A DNA stretch of 61,091 nt, filler included, from Sphacelaria rigidula (Eukaryota), in the NCBI GenBank assembly GCA_964200075.2. It is 7 parts of 7 records of this genome, joined end to end, with 100 filler letters (N's around TTAATTAATTAA, not from the genome) between each part and the next. Parts side by side here need not be neighbours in the genome. Positions count along the whole stretch, not along the records: positions 43,712 to 52,351 come from CAXNAA020010509.1; positions 52,452 to 61,091 come from CAXNAA020010510.1; 5 more parts are not named here. The stretch is one strand, 5' to 3'. Position numbers and translations under genes: made by a program. A model generated the notes under the pieces. The model searched no databases. It saw only the letters and a list, made by a program, of their open reading frames with translations, and was not told the DNA's origin. This document shows positions 47,827 to 60,710 of this stretch, one piece after another (the first letter of the stretch is position 1; the number at the start of each line of letters is the position of its first letter).

Positions 47827-48486
47827 CATTGTTGAGGCTATCTTCTGCTGCGATTGCGAAAGTATCAAACGTCTCCTACCCTACCATTGTACGTCAATGC
47901 ACGTACGCCGTCTCCTCAAAATCGGGGGGAGTCACGATCTCGGACTGATCTCCCGATCTTCTAAAAACGAATCGGGAGAAATCGTTCTGAGATCGCGACA
48001 CCCCGATATTTTCGGGCCCCCGATTTGGTCCATGAAATGCGCTCCCCGATTTTTTTCCCCCCGATGTGAAAAAAATTAAGATTGGTGACTGCCATGAAAA
48101 AAAATGTTAGTTGATTGATTATCTCACATTAGATTAGCTGATTGCAACAATCCAGCCCGTGGTCAGGAGTAGCAAAAAAAAACAGAATGATGAAAGAAAA
48201 AAGAAGGGAAGAAACAGAAAAATACAAAAGCAGTGACCTCAGAAAGGAAAAAATATAGGAAGCAGCGATGGTCTTAAACCCTTGATATCCCTCAGTAGGA
48301 TATCGACGTGTAGCTGTGAGCACACGCCAGTGATGTAGGCAAAGAAAAGTAAACGTGGAATGAATAATTGGCAAACTTGAAGTGAATGATAGAGCCCACT
48401 CTCGATCAACCCCCTACTCTCCATCTCACGAAACCATTGCTACCTGCCGCTAACGCACGATTGTGAGGTAGGAGGTCCCAAAAGGG

Positions 48487-48892
48487 TTAACCCTTAGACC
48501 GCGAGGAGGATAGTCCATCCGGATCACGTTTTCGTTTTCAAGTGGAATTGATGCCGATTCAAATTGTGACCTATTCTTGCCCTCTAAGGGTCAACCCTTA
48601 GATCCGCGAGGGTAGGTCACCTGCTGAATCGGCACCACTTGAAAAAAGTATGCATGGTCCGGATGGACTACCCGCACCGCGGTCTAAGGGTTAACCGTTG
48701 GACCACGATGCGGGTAGTCCACCTGGATCACGCATACTTTTTCAAGGGAAATTGGTGCCGATTCAGCCTATGACCTACCCTCGCGATCAAAGGATCGCGT
48801 TGCGGATAGTCCATCTGCATCATGCATTATTTTTTCAAGTGACATTGATGCCGATTCAACAGATGACCTATTCTCGCCATGTGAGGGTCAAG
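48487..48892. mobile_element. Chain of four ~100-bp piggyBac-like MITE units
   Basis: TTAA|CCCTTAGACC...CTAAGGG|TCAA|CCCTTAGA...TCTAAGGG|TTAA|CCGTTGGACC... with units in mixed orientation. Confidence 0.75.
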
Positions 48893-49410
48893 GACTACAC
48901 CAGCATCGACACTGCGTGTGTGTGTCACACAGGAGAAAGGACAACACAGGAGGTTTTTCTTCTTTATTTGTCAAAGTTCTCCACCTTCCTTCTGCGGTGC
49001 TTGCCTTTTATTTTTTATCGCGAGAGGGGTTCAGCAGTGCTTTTCCTTCGTCGACCGTTAAGTCGAGTTTTGTGTACCCACAACATCGTCTCTCTCCACT
49101 ATTGGGCATTGTGTGAGAAAAAAATCGAGATCGCTTCGAGATTTGAACCCACGACCCAGTGGAAGGCAATGGCACGCCGACTCTTTCTTGCCGTTGTATC
49201 CAGCGGAGACATACTGCACGCATACTGACTCTGTACGCTATTGACTGCTCGGTCAAACGGGTCAGGAGTTCCCCGTAACTATTTTCTATATAGATGCCCA
49301 GCATCCACATGGTTATGAGAAACTGCGCTTTTGTGTAACGAGAAAAATAACTGTTCTGAACCCCAGATGTGGCATAGTCTATCTCAGCGCACCTGCGGGG
49401 TCGCTGAGGG

Positions 49411-49590
49411 TTAACCCTTGGACAGCGAGAGCAGGTCATCTGTTGAATCGGCATCAATTTCACCTCAAAAAAGTATGTGTATTCCAGATGGACTACGTTC
49501 GCGGTCTAGGGGTTAACCCTCACACCGTGATGGTAGTCCATCTGGATTATGCATTCTTTTTTCGAGTAAAAATGATGCCGGCTCAACAAC
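49411..49590. mobile_element. piggyBac-like MITE pair; other copies at 21618-21795, 44545-44660, 51603-51702
   Basis: Unit 49415-49512 begins CCCT and ends GGG, and is flanked by TTAA at 49411-49414 and 49513-49516. A further unit starts CCCT at 49517. Confidence 0.78.
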
Positions 49591-49639
49591 AAATCGCGGT
49601 CTTCCGGTAAATCCCTCTAGCGCCACAGGTGCTCATGGG

Positions 49640-50235
49640 CGGAATCGGCATCATGTTTACTCGAAAAGGGCTGAAAATAATGCCGATTTCACAAATGAAT
49701 GAAAACCTCCACTGGGTCGGAGGTTTTCATCTACGCCGTAGAACAAAGCACTCTCTGGCTACGGAGCGATAGAACAAACACCCTCGCTGCCCGAGTGTTC
49801 GAGGTCTGCCTTTCTCGGGGTACGACTGGGGTTAGTGTCGAAGTGCATTGCCTAAGTCTGTAAAGAATGCAGATATTTAGAATAAAGCCTTGGACCGCCG
49901 GAAGTGTCCATTTGTTGACGGCATCAATTAATTAATTAGTGAAATCGGCATCATTTTCCTCAAAGCGTCGGAGGTGTTCACTTGTGGAATCGGCATCATT
50001 TTCACTCGAAAAGGGCCTGAAAATGATGCCAATTCTACCACTGAATGAGCGCTTCAACTGGGTCGAAGGGTTTGTGTCTACGCCGTCGGACGAAGCACTC
50101 TCTGGCTACGGAGCGATAGAGCACCATCGCTGCACAAGTGTTCGAGGTCTGCCTTTCTCGCGATACGGCTGGGTTAGTGTTGAAGTGCAGCTGGATCAGT
50201 CAATAAAAGACGCGGATATTGTGAAGAAAGGGGCT
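49640..50235. repeat. Two tandem ~300-bp units of a dispersed repeat; inverted relatives at ~21030-21615
   Basis: Duplicated AAAGCACTCTCTGGCTACGGAGCGATAGA and AGTGTTCGAGGTCTGCCTTTCTCG blocks. The reverse complement ACAGAGTGCTT occurs at ~21240 and ~21549. Confidence 0.7.
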
Positions 50236-53200
50236 GATAACAAAGTAAAGCAGTCAAGGCATATGTGCTAGTGGTGATATTGAAGTACGTAATGATCTGC
50301 GACGGACACCGCAACGCTCAGCGAGAAGAAGGTCGCAGCCATAGCAAAATGTATCTATATACACTACCCTAGAGTGTACGGGGCACCTTCGCGCCAGGCG
50401 CGGCACGCGGTGGGCTCCAACACAACAAACTGCTGCAGAAAGGAGGCAGGTTGGGTAGCGGTGGAGAAGTAAAGAGGTAGGTGTCGCCAACAGCAAGTGA
50501 GGTGCGGACGGCCGGAACGGAGACTCGAGATGGGCTGAAGACAAAGCGAAAATTCTTATTTTCAAGTCCTTAGAAAGGAGACAGAAGAAAAACTGTGGCG
50601 ATCACAGAGAAACGGAAGAATCAAATATTGCGAAACGAAGGTCAGAGGGCCGGGAGCGTCACTGGGCGCGAAAGGAGGTCAAACGGCTGGAAACGTCACT
50701 GGTTCCAGAGTAAATTCCGCGCAAACGGCTGGTGAAGTCGCTCGTGAGGTGGTGCCGAAGTGGCAAGAGAAGAGAGTATGATGGTCCGAGAGAGGTAGAG
50801 TTGTCAGTGGTCGAAGTGGCCGAAAAAGTGAAATTCCGACAGAGGGGTAGAGTAGTCAGTGGTGGCGAAGTCGGGAAAAATGGTGAAATTCTGAATAAAT
50901 ATATCGACGAAAGCGCAAATTCCCAAGAAAAAGCAGGAGGCCTTGTTGATCACAGAGAAACGAAAGATTCAAATACTGGCCGCTGGTGCGTCGGACTTCG
51001 GAGGAATGGTGCGCTGTCAGGCCCCGTACTTGTTGCACCTGCGTCCAGAGACCCGGAATGCGGACAAACATAATGAATAAGAATAGTGTATACAGTGAGA
51101 GTTTCGCCCGCTTCGTCGCCACGATCAGTGGATGAACAGGCAAGATACATGAGCACCGGCGACAGCTGTGTGTGTGTTGCGTAATAGCAAATGTCATAGT
51201 TTGGGGGAGAGGCCGTAGCTGCTCACCAGCTGAGCATGTTGTGCGTGACGCTTTAAAATGATGTCGATTCCAAATATGAATAGCTTTGCCTTGTTTGTAG
51301 CCCGAAGAGAAATACAGTGCCCCGTTCATAGTGACACATGCAAAGGGTTGACACTTGATAGGTGAACAAAGCACCATCGATGGTGAGCCTCTGGAATTCA
51401 TTTCACCCGCAAAAATAAGGACACAGCTCGAGCCGTAGCTCCTCATCACCTGAGCTATGCGTGATCTTCTATACATCTGTTCAAAATTCAATGAGACACG
51501 ATGATTTGCGCGAACCGGTGATAATTGCATGCGTTGCGTAGTGGCACAGGTTATACTTCGAAGAAACACCGTAGCTGCCCATCAGCTGAGAGCACGTTGT
51601 TCACCCCGCAGACCGCGAGGGTAGATCACCTGGTCATCAGTGATTTTAGAGTAAAACTGATGCTGATTCCACCGACTATCCATGATTGCGGTCACAGAGT
51701 TACCATGTCGCGCAAATCTGTTCATAATCCATTCAGGAGTGATCCGAAAAAAATGCCAATTCAATTTCAAATTCAATAGAAGGAAAGTACGTGCGACCAT
51801 TTCGAAACCCGATTCCGATTCTATATCTGGAGCGATTTCAAAAGACATTTGAAACCGTGCCGCGATAGCTGTGTCGAGACAGTACGACCATCGACTCACG
51901 CATCAAAATACGCTCGAGGTGTTCAAGCCTGTCATCAACAGGAATGCGGTTTTGACGGAAAGTGGTTGCATGATTGATCTCGTGTCAGGTGTCAAACAAA
52001 TATGAAGCCGATTCGATGTCCATTGCGGGAATACCCCTGACGGTCGAACAGCCCTGACGTGTGGAGACAGGAAATGCATCCCAACGCGTGCGTCAGTGCC
52101 ATGCAGGAGAGCCCTAAGGCAGTACAGAACACAATTCAACCGATTGCCGACTGCCGACTGACATCTGAACAAATAGAAGCTATCTTTTTTCGCGCCTCAT
52201 AATGAAACAATCGCATGCACGGTAGACAGCTTGATCAAACGCGGGAATCTTACAAGGGTCGGACAAATAATGAGTCGTCTGAAAATCACTTGGTTCTAGT
52301 ATGATGAGTCAACCCGTGACAAATCAATCCCCAGGCTTTATTTCAGCGTTGNNNNNNNNNNNNNNNNNNNNNNNNNNNNNNNNNNNNNNNNNNNNTTAAT
52401 TAATTAANNNNNNNNNNNNNNNNNNNNNNNNNNNNNNNNNNNNNNNNNNNNACACCCGGCGTGCTCCGTCTCGACTTTGGAGGGATGCGAGGTCAATGGT
52501 CTCATGACTATGGCATGCATGACCATGAGTACCCCCCCTCCTCCCCCCGGAGTAGAATATGCTGTTATCCTTCAGCTACAGCAGAGGCCCGGTTTTGGTC
52601 TCTGAGGGCACATACCGCATATTTTCCGATTTCCTTCTCTCGAAAGTTTGCTCGAGTTTCATGTGTTGGGCTACTTACTAATTTGGTTTCGAATCATCAC
52701 CATGTCGTAATATGTTCGCCAAGCGAAGCAAGAGGGCAGTGTATGTGCTTCCTGCGTTGAAGGTCGTCAGCCCATGGGGAAACCGTCGGTTGTGGCCGTT
52801 TGTCCCCCCAGTCCAGAAGAAAGCTTTTTGTCGTCATCTTTCATGTTCCTGAATCAATGTCTACCTCCGGTTTTGTGGATCAATATCCCGCAGCCGTGAC
52901 TTTCGTTGGACAACGCTTCGGGGTGGGGTTTTGGGGATGGGAGGGAGGGGGTTGTACTCATGATGTTGCATGCCATAGTCATAATCCAATTGGCCTCGCA
53001 TCAATACAAAGCCCGGACATAACACGCCGGGTTTTCGCCGGGCCAGGGGAGGGGGGGGCGTGTAGGTTCAGAGGACCTGCCGTGAGGTTCAATTGGTTCC
53101 AAGTTCGCCACGTGATGATGGTATCCAATTTGGATACATGTGGTGTGTGTGTCATCCCAATTATTCTGGACGCCAGCCTACACCATTCGGTATATATGTG

Positions 53201-53798
53201 TGGGAGCATCGACCGGGGTCGCACAGGAAGGTGGATGCAGTTTTTTTTTCTTTCAATCACGTTGTAGCACTTCACCTTCCTTCTGCGGTGCTTGCCTTAC
53301 TTTTTTATCGCCAGGAGGTTTCAGCGGTCCTTCTCCCTCGCCGACCGTGAAGTCGTATTTTGATATACATATATGTATATATATAGTTTCTTCACACACA
53401 CCACCCAGGTCTTTTGTGGTGGAATGAGTCTTGGCAAGCCTAAGTTTGAAGTTTCTCTGTTGCTCCCGTGGTCTTCCCTTGTGGGATGAAGATGCCATCG
53501 ATTGAATAAAATCACCGATAACTCCAACTCCCCATTTTTTTGGCGCATTGATTTTTCGAAGGAGGCATGTATCGACTGAACATTCTTCGAAGCTTACTTC
53601 TTTTGGAGATCGGGTCTGTAGTCCTATCTTGCTCTCCTTTTTTCTTCTTGCTTTGTTTTTTTCTCTCTCAATTTTGTGCCACCCGGAAACTCTGTCATTC
53701 TCCGTTGCCACCGCCACGCTCGCGCATTGTCAACATATACTGTGTACTAATACCATACCTTGCATGACATATTTCCGTTTTTTCCCACCGACCGACAG

Positions 53799-56700
53799 GT
53801 ACGTTGTCGATAAATCAGCGGTGCCCGCATGCAATGGAGTCACCGCCCCGAGGTGAGGATGGGTATATACGCAGTCAAGGGCGGGTACCGGGTGTATCCA
53901 GCCTCGTACAACACTCTCCGGCGTTAATTATTCGCGTCTTCATCTTTGTCTTCCTACGCGGTCGCTCGGAGCGTGGTCGCAATATCGTACTGTTGTCCCA
54001 ATATTTCACGAATACGAATGCATGTATATATACGAAGTATATATATAAGGATCGCTCAATGGATCGAGGTCCAAGATACGTAAGAGTTCTCCTTCATACG
54101 TACGTTTGTGTGTATATATAACGCATGACTCGTTGTACACACTTATACGCTCTGTTATGTACGTATGCAGTACTGATAAACAGATGGGTTGACCTCTTGA
54201 GATCCTACGGGCTCGTCCCGAGGGAGGAAAAATGGTCCGAAGTACTACTGCGGAGACCTCGGGTCTGCGACCTTCCTCTTTACCTACGTGTCTGTACAAA
54301 ACAAAACACCCGTCGCCGTCGCCCTCGCTACGCGCTGCTAGGAGGGGGAGGCGCAGAGAAAGAGTCACAAACATGTATACACGAGCATGTGAGTCGTGAC
54401 AAAAAGACGGAGGATGGTTCGCGTAGATATTGCACTGTGTACAATCAAGAACGTTCCTGGACCACCCCCCCCCGGAAGAGTCGCAAGGAGCACTCGGCTA
54501 TCCACGACTTGGGTCATGATCGCTGTTATATGGTTTTTGTTTAGGGGAGGAGAAACACGCTCCCGTTCTCTCGAGAAGTACGCATCCAACTGTCTGACCA
54601 GTCACTGTATGCAAGAACGGCTACAAGAGTGATGAAACGAACCAAGGATCCAAGCCTAGGATCTTCCCAGTTGCGGCGGTACGCCCCACCACGGGATGAC
54701 ATGCTACGGGATACCATGGAGTAGGTACGGAACTAGTGAGCTGAGCCGGGGGCGCCAGATCACCGTTTCGCGAGGGGGGGGGGGGGGGTGGAATTGGATG
54801 GAAACGTGGCAGTACTGCGTGTGCTTATGTGCTATTGAGATAAGGAAGCCTACGGTTCGTGCCGTACAAAAGTGATTTTTCCGCTGTTGTTGTTTTTTTC
54901 GGAACGTTTGCTGTTGCATGGATAACTAGGCGCAAAAATTATGCACAAGTATCCATTTCAAATGTGTGTGTAGATGTATGTATGTATGTATGTATGTATG
55001 TATGTATGTATGTATGTATGTATGTATGTATGTATGTATGTATATCCTTGGAACAGCAAGCAGGACGCCTCCTCCAAGAACGTTGCGTAATGATCTAGTC
55101 ACTCAGCGAGCATGTTCTGTTCCTTGAGGAATTTAGGCACACACGTTACGTTTTTTTTTTCTGGAAACGTTACGGTAATTGTCTTGCAATTGAATTTCCT
55201 GGGCCAATGTGCATCTGCATGACTGACCTATCATGTACTCTCGTCAATCAGGCAAAGCAAAGGAGTGCACTAACATTCCTCCTGAGGTCCCCTTTCCATG
55301 TGACAATCCTCGACTGTGGTCTGTGGGAATTCAAGTCAGGGCAGGTCGTATTTTCCTCCATCTCTCTTAACATGAAGACCAATACTACGTACCCCCCCTT
55401 ATCTCTCCTCTCCCCTTTCCTTCCTCTCTCGCCCAGTTTTTCGTGGACCATACTAACTGGTGTTCTTTATTTGTGCCCCCCTACACGACCAAAGCCCGGC
55501 GTACTCCGTCCTGGCTTTGTAGGGATGCGAGGTCAATGGTCGTATGACTACGGCACGCAAAATCATGAATATATACCCCCCCCCCCCCCCCCCTCCTCCT
55601 ACACAGAACTGCCTGCCGCGCAGCTCGCACGTGTACTGTGCATTCTTACAAAGTATGCATACATTCATGTATGGTCTTGCCGCGCGAGGATGAACACTTG
55701 GAAGAAAGCACGGAGGAAGCGATATGTGTATCGAGATATTATCATACGGTGAGAGAGGGTGACCTCTACATCTACACGGTACGATTTTACCCCCCCCTTT
55801 TCTGTCCTTGCGGCTCGCCTGTGTGTGTATCTCTATCTATATACCTCTATATATATGCTATAGCCTGCCTCTCTTCTACTCCAATGAACCTCCAACAACG
55901 ACAAATGACGACGGCGACGACAACAACAAAAGGGACGGAGCTGATTTTATTTTTTCCTCGTGCGAGGATGAAGGACGATGGTTGGTGTTGACACCCATAA
56001 GTTCGCTGGTGGCGTTGTGTCCTTGCCGCAGTCCTGGCCTTTTCCCACTCCCTGCCCACCCCGTGTAAAAAGACAAAAAACAATTGACTTGGTGTGTGGG
56101 CGGGTCATCATCGTCCAGGGGTTTAAGATTACCCGACGCCTCCACACATGAATTGGAATGGTACGTTAGGTATGACTGACGGCTTGACAATGATCATAGA
56201 TTCGACTGATTGATTATCTCCGCGGTCGTCTCACGTACCGTACTGAGTTTGTCGACTCTTCCCCCCCCCCTGTCCTCTCCCCGTACTCTCCTCTAACGCC
56301 TGTCGTTGTGCTTTTGAATTTGTGTGCAGCAAGGATGGGAAAAAGACGTGGCTGATCTACATGAACTACTACCTGCAAGATGGAGGCGTGGTTAAGCTTG
56401 GCGGCAAGGGAGGGCATCCCTACGATTTGGAGATCGTTATCGTGGAAGTCGGGAACTCAGATGTGAGTACTCCACCGCACCGAGAGAGCAGTCGTAGTCA
56501 TTATCCACGGTGTATCGTATCAGTTTTTCCCGTGTCATTTTCCATTACGGTAGCGATCCGCTAGTAAAAGAACACGTTTGTACAGAAGCTCAAGCTGAAT
56601 AATAAGCTTATCGTGTGAGGTAGGTAGGGGGCGGGGGGCGGGGTGACGGCGGGTACTCATGACCTTGCATGCCGTAGTCATGAGAACATTGACCTCGCAT

Positions 56701-59700
56701 TCCTATAAAGCCAGGACCAAACACGTGGCGTTTTCGCCAGACCAGGCTCGCAATCACCCCACGGTACCTGCCTTACACTTTCTTGTCGAAGGTTGGATCA
56801 TGACCCCGCGCCCCGTCGACTGTCACCGAATTTCTGCTCAGACCAAGCAGAGTCTGGTGTTTGTTTACAGTATGTAGTCAGGCGTAGCGCCTGGATCAAA
56901 ATGATAAGTTCCTGTTGCATATCCTTCAATATGATTCGCGAGCAAGCCACGAAAACGAAGCCCCCCCGCCGCCCTCCCTCGCCTGCCCCGCATTTTCATT
57001 TTAGCGGCAAATGCCAATGTTATGTATGATTTGAATCGGTACGAAAAATATACCGCAAAAAGCTGACGCCTGGCTCGTGCAGTACTGCATGTTAGCGTCT
57101 GAGCATTGGTCATCATCCTGTCACGCGTTCATTCACGTCTTGAACTGTGTGTTCAGAGATTAATATTCGCCAGGCACACACACTTTTCACCAACATGTAT
57201 GGATACCACACCCTGGACAACGACAATATATGGTCAATAGATGCAATAGACAAACTGGATACTGGATAAAGTATGGGCCTATTGCAGCTATTGACGGCCG
57301 ACAATTGTTGCAATAGGTCTATACTTCATCCAGTGGACTTCTTGTCTACTGCATCTAATGACCATGTATTGTCATTGCCCAGGGTGTGATAAAAACATAC
57401 ATATTTGCCTGTCTTTATTGCTGCTCTTGTTTTTACCAAGATTATTTTTTTCATCATTTTGTTCCTTTTTCCCCCTCCCCCCCTCTTTATATTTTTATCA
57501 AGCAGAGACCCACATGGCAGCTCGTTTGTTTTTAATTGCTCAATGCACGGCGTCTTTCCTGTGCCCCCCTTCGCCTGTTTTCATAACATGAAACACGAAA
57601 ACATGAACCCACACACACACAACACGCGCGCACGCGCGCACACACTCTCATGTGGCGCAGCAAAAAATCACGGGCGTGTTCTACGGACCGCACTCGTCAC
57701 ACGAGCACTTTTGGGTCCGCAATCCGGATGACCTCAAACGGATTCTGGGCGAAGACGGGAACCGACCACGGGTTTACGTCAGCAACGGGAAACACGCGTC
57801 GTACCCCATATCCGGCAAAGGTCAGTTCAGCGGCGGTGGCGAGAGTTTGTTGGCATGTAACAGGTACTTCTTGCTCTTTATCTGTTTTGTTTTTTTTTAA
57901 TTCTCAAATAGTTTCCCCCCCCCAAAAAAAAAAAGTGTATACTCTTTCAAGTTCTCGTTGAGGCCTCGCGTGGTGCATGCAGGTGTCGATTGAGTGAGAG
58001 GAAAGACTTGAAAAATTCTAAAAGTAATTACGTAGAAGACTTTTTTTTGTTTCTAGGTAAAGGGAATACCGCACACTTTGTTTATTTTTGACATACTGTA
58101 CGTACACATACACATACGAGTACTGTTTTCGTTTTTTTTTTCCCAGGTGCATGTTACATACGTGATTTTATATTTACACCGGCTTGTCTGTCTCTTTTTT
58201 TTGTTTGGTGCGCAGACCGTCCGTCCGTTCATCCTGACCTATCATCCTTTTTTTTTTTTCCCCTCCCCCTTGGGATTTTTCGTTGCAAGCGCAGTGTTTC
58301 GGCTGTTTGGCCTGGGAACGGACCAGTGCATGAACCCCCAGGAGAAAAACCGACCGCTCCTTCCGCTCAATGAGGTACGTATGTGTGTATATATATATGC
58401 GTGCGAATGTGTGTGGGTGGCGTACGTGGGTGTGTACATACGTACGTATGTTTGTATTTCCGTGCTATCCCCCCCCCGTTTGTCCGCAGTCAGGTACAAA
58501 GCGTCCCCCCCCCCCTCCCTCCCTCTCTCGTTTCCGTCTTGGAGTTCTTCGTGGATTTCTATTATTGTGCCAGCGGTGATTACTGTTCTTCGGCGAGTCT
58601 CAGCGCAACGCAACCCTCTCTTGCTTGTCACTGTTTGAGACGATGCAGCTACAGTATCCTGAGGCATGGCGCGCCCGGGGGGAGGGGGTCCAGATGACGA
58701 TGTACATACATTTATAGATTATAACATGTATAGGTAAAAGTCCACTGCATATCAATTACCCATTTTCGTTGGCCCTCGCTTGTTCGAATGAGACAATGGA
58801 ATACCACAAACGCAAATTCCCTCTTTATGTATAGATGTATATAGACCATGCCATATGATCTTGTGTCGTTATTCACGTCCATTGCGTAGCAACTGCCTTT
58901 CTCGTCGGTCCTCGCTTTCCCGAACGAGACAGCAAACAACACACACACACCACGGAACGCTATATGTCTAATACACTGAGAATGCTGAACATCGTTTCCA
59001 TTCTCGCGATTTTCTCGTCGCTGTCGATTTCGATTCGATGGAAATGAACCGCAACACAGGAGACACGGAAAGTCGATAGGATCGACGGCAAGTTCGCGGG
59101 ACCGCGGCGCCGAATCACGAGGGACTGGTCTGTCGCACCCGGGTCACGCCTGAAAAATGTCAGGTCCCGCCGCGCTGTGCCTCCCGCCAAGCAGATCACA
59201 AAAGAACTCGGTGAGGGGAAAATTAAAAAAAATAAAAACAGGAAGGGAAATAGCAAAACAAAAAAGGATCTGTGATTCATTCGGATATGCGCGGAGAGGG
59301 GGACTTGAGGGGAAGGGAGAGGAGATGTGAGATGCACGAATATAATATATATTTATATATACACCCTGATTGGGAGTTTCGCGTAGCCCGTACAAGGCGT
59401 CTTGTGTTTGTTTGTGCGCATCTGTTCAAATGCTATGTGTATTTCACCCATATGTACAAGTATCGAAAAGCTCATCATGAGTTGAGGTGGGTATGTCGCC
59501 ATACTGCATACAGTATATATATATATGCTGGGCGAGGACAGTTGCCGTCCATCATAGATCGACGCACACACTTGGCTATTTGTTCTGGTCATAAATAGAG
59601 TGCGCCTGGCCACATTTGCTGCACCTCTAATTTACAAACCGTGGGGTTGAGAAGTTGAGGGTATTCTTCGTCCACCAGGTTAATCCACCTGACGAGGGCT

Positions 59701-60116
59701 TTGGGGGGGCTGCGCTTGCCTGCGTATGACTTCGGCGGCAGCACTCTTCAAGCGTTTTGTTCACACTCTGGACGAAACACTGCTGTTGTCAAAAAGTGTA
59801 CTGCGTACAACAGTATCGACTGTTGCGTCTCTTGCGATGGACAACATATTCCATACTGTACGCGGCACACTTTTTGACATTGTAATGTAGTGTCATGGTC
59901 CAGGGAATGGGATTGTTACAAAATGGTTGAACATAAGCACGAGGCGCTCGGAGAACGTCGGTATACAAAACACAATAATATTAACACCTAGGGAACCTCA
60001 ATATATGTATGTATGTATATATTCTTACCTTTCATGGTCGGCCCCTACGATTATCTTTGTGGGGCGGTGGTGATGACTGGCGTTCCGTTTCTGCAGGGAA
60101 GCTCAAATTCTGGTGA
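53799..60116 (+). CDS. Vps62-like (DUF946-type) protein, 5'-incomplete; exons 53799-53852, 54184-54241, 55252-55286, 55689-55748, 56330-56462, 57661-57820, 58295-58374, 59060-59210, 60097-60116
   Basis: All nine exons have AG/GT borders with matching phases. The spliced product includes TWLIYMNYYLQDG, GGHPYDLEIVIVEV (cf. GxHxGDWExxxV), ITGVFYGPH, RPRVYVSNGKHASYP (cf. PxVYxAxGxHASY) and RLFGLGTDQC. Stop TGA at 60114-60116. The family call comes from recalled motifs. The first four small exons are less certain. Confidence 0.72.
54975..55041. repeat. (TATG)n microsatellite
   Basis: Directly visible perfect tetranucleotide run. Confidence 0.97.
55490..55600 (+). mobile_element. Family A short 3'-end copy; other short copies at 52452-52550 (+), 52920-53046 (-), 56625-56757 (-), 23872-23915 (+)
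   Basis: Each shares all or part of CCCGGCGTGCTCCGTCCTGGCTTTGTAGGGATGCGAGGTCAATGGTCGTATGACTACGGCATGCATGACCATGAGTAC and ends in a C-rich tract. Confidence 0.8.
59762..59909. mobile_element. MITE with related CACACTCTGGAC terminus and a different internal palindrome
   Basis: Termini CACACTCTGGAC...GTCCAGGGAATG, internal inverted TGTCAAAAAGTG/CACTTTTTGACA, flanks GTTTTGTT/GGATTGTT (6/8 TSD match). Confidence 0.65.
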
Positions 60117-60636
60117 GAAAAGACGGATCTGATGAACTCTCCGTGTTTGGCGAGGAAGAGGAAGCAAGAGAGGGACGGCGGATGAGACAGCAGCGGTCTT
60201 CGTGATCGGGGTTACTTCAGACATCACCCCCCTGCACAACCTCGACCGTTACATGTTGAGATCAGCCTATAGTAGATGCAGATGTATGTGTACCTATTGG
60301 GTAGGCCTTACTCCCATCACATTGTACGTATTATTTTGATAAATGTATATATTCGGAGTAGAGGAGAGAAGCGAACAAACAGCCAGTGGGTGTTGTCATC
60401 GCTGTGATTAAATCTTTTTCGTCCCATGTATTACGACGGAAGCTGGTAGACCCAGGCCGTGAAGACGACGCCAATGTGTCGAACCTTCCTTCCAAAGAAG
60501 AAAAACGGCCGCCCAAAGGCGAGCAAGTAATAGAACAAACAAAAAAAATGATTGTATTGGTTTGTTGGCTCGCGACTTCTGCTACTAGCCCAACGATTCG
60601 GCTATAGCCCGCGAGCCAGGCGGTTCAAATGTCTCG

Positions 60637-60643
60637 GTGTGCG

Positions 60644-60702
<59 letters not shown>
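60637..60702. repeat. (GT)n microsatellite
   Basis: Directly visible dinucleotide run. Confidence 0.97.
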
Positions 60703-60710
<8 letters not shown>

